From Candidatus Heimdallarchaeum aukensis (GTDB lineage Archaea; Asgardarchaeota; Heimdallarchaeia; Heimdallarchaeales; Heimdallarchaeaceae): 64,000 nt of DNA. Location: the NCBI GenBank assembly GCA_021513695.1, contig CP084166.1, positions 224,001 to 288,000 of the forward strand, read 5' to 3'. Made by a program: the position numbers and the translations under genes. Below are positions 56,114-64,000 of this stretch, piece by piece (position 1 is the first letter of the stretch; every line of letters begins with the position of its first letter). Under the pieces are notes generated by a model. That model had not been told where the DNA came from and did not search any database. It worked only from the letters and a program-made list of their open reading frames with translations.

Positions 56114-59100
56114 ATGAAAGGAACTGCTATTGCCACATCAAAATTTCAAGGTAAGAATCAAGCTATTTATTCAATAAAAAAAGATGATAAAATTACTTTA
56201 TACTGTGCGTTCATTATTAGACCAAAAAAGAAAGAAGTTGAGAAAAAAGGAGATTATGAAAAAAAAACTACTATTTTTGTAACAGATACTAAAAGTCTTT
56301 TTTTGCCTTTGAATATTGATTCAAGTCTAAAAATTATGCTTCACCGCTTTATTTTACCAGCTAAACTCAGAAAAATAACAAAAGAAAAAAATAAAGGAAT
56401 AGAAATCTCTAGAAAAAAAGAAGAGAGTGAAGAAATCAATGTATTTTTAACTTATTATATCTTTAAAATCTCAAAAACTTATGATCTTACCGTAAATTTA
56501 CTTTCAATGAATACATTGTTAGAAGATTTTGCAGAAACTGTTAGATCTAATTTAAAAGAGTTGTTCTTATCTTTAGGAGCAGTAGGAAGAATAACAGGAG
56601 AATTATTAGAAAAAATCGTTTGTTTGAATGTTACAGATAAATCGTCTATTATCAATAACAACTCTAAAGAATTTTTAACAGAGCTTGCAAAAGAGTTTGT
56701 TGTAATAGAAAAAAGTACAGAAATCCAATCAATTTTCCTCCCTGGTCCTTCCGTAGATTTAAGAACTTCGAGTGTATTTTTTACTCCTTCAAGAATAGAA
56801 TCTGCTTTTCCTTTAGGGAAGACGGAAGAAGGTTTTCTTGTAGGCTTTCCTCCCTCTTTCTCTTACCCCATACTTTTGTGTGGAGATAAGAAAATAAGAA
56901 AAATTTTACTCTCCAAAATTTTAGAAAATTCATCTGCTAAATTTATTGTTTTAGGAGAGATAAATGGAAAAATAAGAAAAAAGAATGTAAAGTTAAGTTT
57001 AGGAGAGAATTTTACATTTAATATCTTATCTCCTATGTTTATGCGAAAAGTACTGTCAGAGAGAGATTATTGGCGTTATCTGAGTGATTTTCTACTCATA
57101 GTTAAAGAAGTAACCGAAGTTAGAAATGAAAATCTTTTACAAATTCCTGAAATAATTAAATTTTATATCCAAGAATATGAACAAAGTGAAGATAACCTCT
57201 TTACTCCTTTTGATTATAGTTCTGTAACTATTGACGATATTTATACAATGCTTACATCTGAACCTGGAGGATTAATAATTTCAGATTATCAATTAGCTGC
57301 TTTACGTTCTGTTTTTACTGATATTAGCGATAATTCAGTTAGCACGGTAACTAATATTAATGGAAAACATGGAATTGAAGCATTAATTGACCAGAACCAT
57401 ATAATTGACTTCAGTAAACATTCAATAAAAGTTAGAAAAATATTCGTTTATTCGTTATTGCTTCAACTTTATTTATATTTTCAAACAGATTTAATTTCTA
57501 AACCAGTAATAGTAGTAATCGACAATGCAGAATTATTCTTTTCAACTGAAGTTGAAAGAACTTTTATTTCAAAACTACTCACACTATTTGAATCTCTACC
57601 TGTAAATATTATCCTTTCAACAAGTTTTCCTTCTCATCTAGCTCTTACTGCTTTTGATTTAACAAATAATAGAATTATAGCTAATCTTCGCTCTGCTAAG
57701 TGTGCAAAATTAATTGCTGATTCACATAATTTATTAAAAGAACAGAAAGAAATGCTTCTTCGCCTTCCACAAAATTCCTTTCTTATCCTCCGGGAAGATT
57801 TTTTTGAGAAACCCTTTCTTGCTTACTTACAAAGAGAAGATCTAAATTTGTTTTCTAATTCCAGACGATTCAATCTTGAAAAATTGGATTCATTAGTAGA
57901 TATTGGAAACACTAGTGCAATTTTAGAAGATGAAAATAGAGTAATTGAACCTATTTTTGATGAAGAAGATCTTCTTCCTATTATGATTGATATTTTAAGA
58001 AAACTTGATTCTAAAGCTCAAAGGGGAATCAACTCTGAATCATTGGTTAATCTCTTTCCTGACTATCCTGCAATTGAAGTTAAGAATGCTGTAAAATTAT
58101 TAGAGTTAAGAGGATTGATTTTTCGTGAGACAGTTGATAAAGAAGGAAGAAAAGGTGAATTTTGGACAAAAATAAGTCCTTTAGGCAAGAAAATGTTATC
58201 TAGATTCGAGATTCAATCCATAGCAAAGAATGATAAAATTGACAAAGTTGAACGAAAAGAAGAGGAGATAACTATTTTAAAAAATGAACAAAGTCATAAT
58301 GAAAAAATATCTAACAAAAAGCAAAACAATGGAAAAAAAGATTCTTTAGAACAATCAGAAGTTATTAACCATTTAGAGAAGGTACAAAACAATTTAAAAA
58401 ATAGTAGGAATCCTGTTGATGCTTTTTTGGATTCAATAATGAAAGTTGAAAAAAAAGCCATACAAATATTCTCAAGAAAAGGTAAAAAGATAGGTAAAAT
58501 TTCAGATTTTTACATTTTGTTACATGACTTTATCCAAAAGGCAAAAGCTGTAGATTTCAATATTCAATCAGAGCTAAAAGAGTTTGAGCAGTACTTAAAC
58601 TCACTTTATGATGTTTTAGAAGATAGTGAATCCCTTGAACAAATGTCAGATGAAATATTAGAAAGAGTAATGAGAAAAGGATTAAATCTCTTAGATCAGA
58701 TACATGTTAAATGTTCTTTTGATAAGATCGAAAGAAACTCCAGTAATCTTCCAGAACTTCTTGAAAAAGAATTAAATTCTGATAAATGGGAAAACATTGA
58801 AACTAAATTTGATGATGAAGTAGTGAGTGATATTAAGCATAATATAAAGAATGACATACAATCAATGTTCTTAACTGATTCTGAAAAACAAGTTTTTCAG
58901 GTACTTAATCATGCATTAGAAGCTCCTAAAGACAGTTTTATTGATTATGCTAGAAAAGCTATAGCAAGACTAATGAAAATAAAAATGCAGTTTTACCCTA
59001 ATCTCGATGATAAAGAGTTTATTATTATTTTTGTAAGATTCTTTGAAAAAAATCAATTACCAATACCGTTTAATGAATCGATTCTGATGGTTGATGAACT

Positions 59101-59269
59101 AGCTTTTCTTAGCACAATTTCCAAACAAAAGAAAAAGGAAATAATCGCGAAAATAATAGAGGAAAATAACTCATTTGTGTTTGATTTAGATGATAAAAGT
59201 AAAGATAGTCTTGTTATTCAGTTAAAGGAAATTGTCTCAAAAAGTCTAAGAAAGTTAAAAGAGGAATAA
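56114..59269 (+). CDS. large HerA/FtsK-superfamily-like protein with degenerate Walker motifs plus a winged-helix-like segment
   Basis: PLGKTEEGFLVGF..YPILLCGDKKIRKILLSKIL occupies the P-loop position. PVIVVIDNAELFF occupies the Walker B position. It continues with NIILSTSFPS. Later comes VKNAVKLLELRGLIFRETVDKEGRKGEFWTKISPLGKKML. 1051 aa. Confidence 0.45.
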   Translation: MKGTAIATSKFQGKNQAIYSIKKDDKITLYCAFIIRPKKKEVEKKGDYEKKTTIFVTDTKSLFLPLNIDSSLKIMLHRFILPAKLRKITKEKNKGIEISRKKEESEEINVFLTYYIFKISKTYDLTVNLLSMNTLLEDFAETVRSNLKELFLSLGAVGRITGELLEKIVCLNVTDKSSIINNNSKEFLTELAKEFVVIEKSTEIQSIFLPGPSVDLRTSSVFFTPSRIESAFPLGKTEEGFLVGFPPSFSYPILLCGDKKIRKILLSKILENSSAKFIVLGEINGKIRKKNVKLSLGENFTFNILSPMFMRKVLSERDYWRYLSDFLLIVKEVTEVRNENLLQIPEIIKFYIQEYEQSEDNLFTPFDYSSVTIDDIYTMLTSEPGGLIISDYQLAALRSVFTDISDNSVSTVTNINGKHGIEALIDQNHIIDFSKHSIKVRKIFVYSLLLQLYLYFQTDLISKPVIVVIDNAELFFSTEVERTFISKLLTLFESLPVNIILSTSFPSHLALTAFDLTNNRIIANLRSAKCAKLIADSHNLLKEQKEMLLRLPQNSFLILREDFFEKPFLAYLQREDLNLFSNSRRFNLEKLDSLVDIGNTSAILEDENRVIEPIFDEEDLLPIMIDILRKLDSKAQRGINSESLVNLFPDYPAIEVKNAVKLLELRGLIFRETVDKEGRKGEFWTKISPLGKKMLSRFEIQSIAKNDKIDKVERKEEEITILKNEQSHNEKISNKKQNNGKKDSLEQSEVINHLEKVQNNLKNSRNPVDAFLDSIMKVEKKAIQIFSRKGKKIGKISDFYILLHDFIQKAKAVDFNIQSELKEFEQYLNSLYDVLEDSESLEQMSDEILERVMRKGLNLLDQIHVKCSFDKIERNSSNLPELLEKELNSDKWENIETKFDDEVVSDIKHNIKNDIQSMFLTDSEKQVFQVLNHALEAPKDSFIDYARKAIARLMKIKMQFYPNLDDKEFIIIFVRFFEKNQLPIPFNESILMVDELAFLSTISKQKKKEIIAKIIEENNSFVFDLDDKSKDSLVIQLKEIVSKSLRKLKEE

Positions 59270-59281
59270 AAAGGGAGAAGG

Positions 59282-61393
59282 ATGAATGAAATAGAGTTAA
59301 GTTCTGAAAAACTAGAGGATTTTCAACAGAGGTGTATGGAAACTTTTTTGAAAAAAGAAAATTGCCTTATTTCTTCTCCTTCTTCTACAGGAAAAACATT
59401 TCTAGTTAAAGAATATATTAAAAATTACATTATAGAAAACTACTCAACTATTCTACGATCTCCTAAAAAAATGAAAATAGTGCTACTGTTTCCTTATAAG
59501 GCGATTGCTATACAAGAATTTAACTCACTAGTCGATTTTGCAGAAAAAAAGATGATCAAGATATTCTTATCTGTTGGAGGAGTAAAGTTAAACAAAGAAA
59601 CAGTAATGGAAGCAAATATTATTGTTGGAACATTTGAAAAGTTTTACTTCATTTTGAATCTATTCCCTGAAATTCAAAAGAACTTGAAAATATTGGTAAT
59701 AGATGAATTTCACTTTTTAGGTTATAATAGGGGAAAAGTGATAGAAAGTATATTATTAAAAGTTAAGGAAAACAAAAATACACAGATTATTCTTTTATCC
59801 TCATCAATCGGGAATCCTGAGGAAATAGCAAGTTGGTTAGGCTTTAAACTTTTGCAATATAATAAACGCTTAGTACCGTTGGAATTGAATATAAAAAAAA
59901 TTGAAAAATCTCTTATACAAGAAATATTTTCAATCAGCAAAGCTAACTTACCTGCTATTATATTTCAAAACTCAAGATCTAAAGTAGAAAAATTAGCTCT
60001 AGAATTAGCAAAAAAAAGAAAAGATGTATTGATAAAGAATTTCGAAGAGTTTTTCGTAAATTCTCCTAACCTTATTTCAATAATGGAAGAAGTTTATTTC
60101 CCTGATAAACTAAAAGAAGCAATTTCAAAGAGAGTGGCTTATCATCATGCAGGTTTAAGTGATATAGTTAGAGTATTTGTAGAACAATTATTTCTTTCTG
60201 GAGAGATTGATTACTTGATTTCTACTTCCACTCTGTCAGCTGGAATAAATCTTCCAGCTAAAATGTCAATTTTTGTTATAGAAAGAAAACAATCTGAAGT
60301 TGATAATAATTTAATTTTTCAAATTCTGGGGAGAGCAGGAAGATTTGAGTTTCAAGATAAAGGAATAGGAATTCTATTAATAAGACCAGCTTATTTGAAA
60401 GAATATAGCGACAAACTTTTTGACCAAAGAGGAAAACCTATTTACAGTAGTTTAAAAAGCCAATTTTTTGACTATGATTTTTTGATCAAATATTTTCTGG
60501 TAGAAATCGCATTTTCTAAGGAACCTGTTTCAGTAAGGATAGAAGATTTATTAAAAAAAATCGAGAATTCACTATGGTTTTATAGTAACAAAGAAATATT
60601 CTTAGTATTTAACTCTAAAGATGTTCATTATGCACTTTTTTCTCAAGCCTACTCAAGTTTGGATTATGAAGAGATAGTTGATTATTATGAGAAATTAGAT
60701 GAAGCTTTTGGTATAAAGCCTTCTAATTTACAACTCGTTTCTAAGCAAGAAAAAGGCAAAGGTAACTTCTCTTTTATAATTTTAGAGAATGAAAAAAAAT
60801 ACAAAGTAATTATGAATTTAGAAAGAAGACAATGTTCTTGTCAGTCAAAGTACAGCAATTATCTTTGTAGACATCAGCGTTTTTTGATTAAGATGTATCC
60901 TTTCATGAAAGAATATTGGTTAAATAAATATGGAATAATCGATTGGCTGATCGATAATGGTTTTTTAGTTAGAAGCAAAGGAATGAAGGTTAATCCTACT
61001 TTATTGGGAAAAATTTCTGCAAAATTTTTTATTCACCCTTATTCTTTTCTTCATTTTCTTCATTTATTAATTATCTATCCTAACATTAACTTTTCCTCTT
61101 TTTTTACTAAAGTTGTTCTATTCGATGAACAAATAAAGAGAGATATTAAGTCAAATGAACTAACAAATATACAAGCTTTGCAAATATTTCAACTATTAGT
61201 AAAACAAGAACCATTAACAATATGCTCAAAATACAATATTTCAGACAGTCTATTAGAAAATTGGCAAGAAATATATACCAAGTACAAGAGTTTATTTTTT
61301 GAATTAAAGAAACTTATGGGAAAAAATCTAGCAAAAGGGAACTTTACAAATAATTTCCTCACGAAAAATGAAGTTGAAGAAACAATTCGTTAA
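59282..61393 (+). CDS. Ski2/Hel308-like DExH helicase with SWIM-type zinc finger
   Basis: Motif I SSPSSTGKTFLV, II VIDEFHFLG, III LSSSIGN, then HHAGL, STSTLSAGINLPA and VI QILGRAGR. The SWIM finger reads RRQCSCQSKYSNYLCRHQ (CxC..CxH). Confidence 0.8.
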   Translation: MNEIELSSEKLEDFQQRCMETFLKKENCLISSPSSTGKTFLVKEYIKNYIIENYSTILRSPKKMKIVLLFPYKAIAIQEFNSLVDFAEKKMIKIFLSVGGVKLNKETVMEANIIVGTFEKFYFILNLFPEIQKNLKILVIDEFHFLGYNRGKVIESILLKVKENKNTQIILLSSSIGNPEEIASWLGFKLLQYNKRLVPLELNIKKIEKSLIQEIFSISKANLPAIIFQNSRSKVEKLALELAKKRKDVLIKNFEEFFVNSPNLISIMEEVYFPDKLKEAISKRVAYHHAGLSDIVRVFVEQLFLSGEIDYLISTSTLSAGINLPAKMSIFVIERKQSEVDNNLIFQILGRAGRFEFQDKGIGILLIRPAYLKEYSDKLFDQRGKPIYSSLKSQFFDYDFLIKYFLVEIAFSKEPVSVRIEDLLKKIENSLWFYSNKEIFLVFNSKDVHYALFSQAYSSLDYEEIVDYYEKLDEAFGIKPSNLQLVSKQEKGKGNFSFIILENEKKYKVIMNLERRQCSCQSKYSNYLCRHQRFLIKMYPFMKEYWLNKYGIIDWLIDNGFLVRSKGMKVNPTLLGKISAKFFIHPYSFLHFLHLLIIYPNINFSSFFTKVVLFDEQIKRDIKSNELTNIQALQIFQLLVKQEPLTICSKYNISDSLLENWQEIYTKYKSLFFELKKLMGKNLAKGNFTNNFLTKNEVEETIR

Positions 61394-61404
61394 ATATTTC
61401 TCGG

Positions 61405-61412
61405 TTTATAAA
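61405..61412 (+). promoter_or_regulatory. archaeal TATA box TTTATAAA
   Basis: It ends 29 nt upstream of the ATG at 61441. This favours ATG 61441 over the track's TTG at 61432. Confidence 0.35.
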
Positions 61413-61431
61413 TTATTTCTTTTATTATCAT

Positions 61432-63276
61432 TTGAAGCTGATGAAAAGAGATAATTTCCTACTTACATTTTTAATTTTAATTATAGTATGTACAATTTTA
61501 CTTATTCCGCTTTATTTTACTGAAGCTCACTATTTAGAACAAGAGGAAGAAAAAAAGCAAATAAAAAATGAGCTTCAATCTACTATCCTTATTCCTCATG
61601 ATATTGTCTTTAATTTCACAGATAAACTTTCTAAATACACTTACTCTTTTGTTCAGAATCTTACATTAAGTGGATTATATGGTTTAGAAATTCTGTTTAA
61701 AACTGGTGGGAGTTTAGCTTTAAGTGATACCTTAAAAGTAAAGATAGTTATGGAGGATAGAATAAATATCAGCTTCACAATAGATAAATTATTTCAAGAC
61801 TCCAATATTCATTCTTTAACAAAAAGTCTTTATTGTGAAAATATTGGAGAAGAAGCAAAGATAACAATATATTTTGAAGGACAATGTTTCATTGGAAAAG
61901 AGGGTAATCTAACTCTTTTCAAAACTATTAATCTTTATTCTTATGATATTCTATCTTTAAAAACAGAAAAAATTATTAGTCCTGACGTTATCCCTCATTC
62001 TATCTCTTTTTCAGGGAATTCTTTCTCCAAAAAGACTTTTTCTGTAAAATCATTTTTTAATGTAGAAAATACAAACATCACAAAAATTAAGTTAAATTTT
62101 ACATTTAATACAAATGATTTTGTTTCACTAGAAAGAAAAATAACTTTTCAGATAGGTTCAAACCTTACAGAAAAGGATTTTAGTTCAGGATTAAACACAA
62201 TTTTATTGTCATTAGATTGTGGAAGTGATCTAAATATTTTGAATATCTCTTTTACAGTAGGTTATAGCTCTGATATCATACATTTAGAGGATTTTAGTTT
62301 AAGTATTGAAGTAGAGAAAGAAGAAGAAACAAGTAAAGAAAGAGAAATTCTTGAATTTAAAGAATGGGAAGGAGATAAGATAGATTTAACTTTTGACATC
62401 TCAATTCTAAAAAATGAGCAGAGTTCTAAGGAGTTAATAATAAACTTAAATCTTAGTTGTGGTTTTGAAGGTGCAACTGTAACTCCTTACATTGAATTTA
62501 GAATTATTTCTGGAATATATACTATTTATACAGGAAAAGTAATGAGTTATGAACAAAGCGAAGAAGAGTTAATAAAAATAAATACTTATACCTACACTTA
62601 CAATAAACCTCTATTAGTTAACTTTTACGCTAAATTAGAAAATAGTGGGAAAGGACAGATCTTTATTTACAATTCTTCTAATCTTACTGCTTCAAAAATC
62701 CCACAAATGTCTTCTAAAGGTTTATTTAGGGAAGTAGAATCAGAGAAAAACGTCTACACTCCTCAACTAGGTGCAGTCATCCTAAATTACTACGATGTCT
62801 TTTTCAATGATTATTCATTAACAATAGATTATGTTTTTAATTTGACTTTTACCCTTTTCACAGATTATGATGAAGTTTTTGATAGAATAAATGTTGGAAT
62901 AACAATAGGCGTAAATACTTCAATAAATAAGATTTTTAGTAAACCTGGTAAGATCTCAATTACTGAAGACGTTAAAATCTATCAAGGATATAACGAGGTT
63001 AAAATCAAGTTAACAATTTATGGTTCAGGAACCTATGTCTCTCTCAGAAATATAACTTATAGACTTAATCCGATTAAAGATTTTTCTTTTCAAGATGAAA
63101 ATCAAACAATTAGTTCGGTAAATATTCCCTTGATAAAACCCCCTTATACAATAAGTTTAGGAATAAGTTCGATTTTAGGTCAATGGGTAATTGGAGGAGT
63201 ATTCGCTAGAGTGTTTAACAGTAGCAAAAAGAAAAATAAACTCTCTAAAAATATGAAATATAAGTTAGAGTTTTAA
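61432..63276 (+). CDS. beta-rich surface protein with N- and C-terminal hydrophobic anchors
   Basis: N-terminal TM/signal FLLTFLILIIVCTILLIPLYF, many NxS/T sequons, and a C-terminal ISLGISSILGQWVIGGVFARVF followed by a basic tail. Confidence 0.6.
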   Translation: MKLMKRDNFLLTFLILIIVCTILLIPLYFTEAHYLEQEEEKKQIKNELQSTILIPHDIVFNFTDKLSKYTYSFVQNLTLSGLYGLEILFKTGGSLALSDTLKVKIVMEDRINISFTIDKLFQDSNIHSLTKSLYCENIGEEAKITIYFEGQCFIGKEGNLTLFKTINLYSYDILSLKTEKIISPDVIPHSISFSGNSFSKKTFSVKSFFNVENTNITKIKLNFTFNTNDFVSLERKITFQIGSNLTEKDFSSGLNTILLSLDCGSDLNILNISFTVGYSSDIIHLEDFSLSIEVEKEEETSKEREILEFKEWEGDKIDLTFDISILKNEQSSKELIINLNLSCGFEGATVTPYIEFRIISGIYTIYTGKVMSYEQSEEELIKINTYTYTYNKPLLVNFYAKLENSGKGQIFIYNSSNLTASKIPQMSSKGLFREVESEKNVYTPQLGAVILNYYDVFFNDYSLTIDYVFNLTFTLFTDYDEVFDRINVGITIGVNTSINKIFSKPGKISITEDVKIYQGYNEVKIKLTIYGSGTYVSLRNITYRLNPIKDFSFQDENQTISSVNIPLIKPPYTISLGISSILGQWVIGGVFARVFNSSKKKNKLSKNMKYKLEF

Positions 63277-63473
63277 TTCTAATATTTTCTGTTTCTAAAT
63301 AAAAAGTGCTATTAGAAAGCTAAAAATTCTTAATTTGTTCATTGATATTTATTTAACCAATTAAACATTTTTAAGATACTCCTAATACAGATTTTAGAAC
63401 TCTTTAATAAAAGAACTACAACAAGAAGATTATTCATCATGTTAAAAACTTAAGAAAAGTTTATTAAAGATAA

Positions 63474-64000
63474 ATGACGTCATCTGTCATGTCAACAACT
63501 GTCCTAAAATCATTATTGTTAATTCTAGTTCTTGCTCCAACAATAGTAATGATAAATAATAATGAAAATAATTTATTTAACCTACAAAATGAAGAAAATA
63601 GTAAGAATGAGATTTATTCATTAAACAACAGTAATGAGAATTTTATTGACATATCGAATAAAAAAAATAATGATAATATTCTAGAAAACGACGTAAGAGC
63701 TAGTAATAAGGATAGAATACTTTTATCTTCTCTTCCAGATAGCGCTAATTGGGTAGAAAAAAATGAGTCATTTACTGGTAGATTTTATCAATCATTAAGT
63801 GATTTAGATGAAGATAAAATCCCAGAGCTTATAACTCTTTCTGATACTAATGGGCAAATTCAAGATATTGGAGAACCTGGTTATACAAAATTTTTGGAAT
63901 ATAACGAAACAACAGGAACTTTTTCAAATGAACTATTGTCTATTAGTACAGCGGGCCCTACAATTTATTATCCTGTTGAAGCTTATGCTGATAATGCTGT
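63474..64000 (+). CDS. secreted/surface protein, 5' part (open at the window end)
   Basis: My own translation from the ATG at 63474. It reads MTSSVMSTTVLKSLLLILVLAPTIVMINNNENN.. (signal-like), then an N-rich linker and ..DEDKIPELITLSDTNGQIQDIGEPGY... There is no stop before 64000. Confidence 0.55.
   Translation, partial: MTSSVMSTTVLKSLLLILVLAPTIVMINNNENNLFNLQNEENSKNEIYSLNNSNENFIDISNKKNNDNILENDVRASNKDRILLSSLPDSANWVEKNESFTGRFYQSLSDLDEDKIPELITLSDTNGQIQDIGEPGYTKFLEYNETTGTFSNELLSISTAGPTIYYPVEAYADNA

Noticed and set aside
56760-56830. GKT in ..ESAFPLGKTEEG.. of the 1051-aa protein as a possible true Walker A
   Set aside because: The spacing does not fit [AG]x4GK[ST]. In the HerA-like layout this segment corresponds to the conserved LG..G strand preceding the P-loop, not to the P-loop itself. 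I kept this as a caveat in the finding.
1-64000. CRISPR arrays, rRNA and tRNA genes
   Set aside because: I noticed no regularly spaced direct repeats and no rRNA- or tRNA-like GC-rich segments. Visual scanning of 64 kb is imperfect, so tRNAscan, Infernal and a CRISPR finder should confirm this.

Overview
This is an AT-rich archaeal chromosome segment, roughly 30% GC by eye. The gene content includes a Rad51/RadA-type recombinase, TldD/PmbA, a strongly Rab-like small GTPase, and longin/roadblock-like domains fused to TPR or membrane modules. Many starts have a TTTATAAA TATA box 24-35 nt upstream. Together this fits an Asgard (Loki-like) archaeon best, but that is inference only.

**1-33 kb** is mostly housekeeping and metabolic:
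- a ThrC-like enzyme
- an acyl-CoA synthetase
- TldD/PmbA
- a bcp / nitroreductase / glutaredoxin-FTR fusion redox operon
- an Ntn asparaginase
- a bacterial-type ribE-ribBA-ribH operon
- hemolysin III
- a GH38 mannosidase
- two CPBP proteases

**33-64 kb** is accessory:
- Two higher-GC mobile elements are present. One is a tnpB-only IS200/IS605-type element with a candidate omega RNA. The other is an intact IS481-family IS with a 15-bp target duplication.
- There are two TFB-core-like paralogs.
- A long + strand cluster combines a 2121-aa repetitive surface protein and several membrane proteins with divergent or apparently catalytically degenerate recombination/repair-type proteins.
- Those proteins are a Hef-like pseudohelicase, a RadA paralog, a RadB-like ATPase, an MmcB-like nuclease fold, a HerA/FtsK-like protein with degenerate Walker motifs, and a Ski2/Hel308-like helicase with a SWIM finger.

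The 44.4-63.3 kb cluster, plus the related 36.9-43.9 kb module, is my best candidate for an undescribed system.

I recognised no rRNA, tRNA or CRISPR array. All family calls rest on motifs read from the translations and remembered family consensus. No database search was possible.
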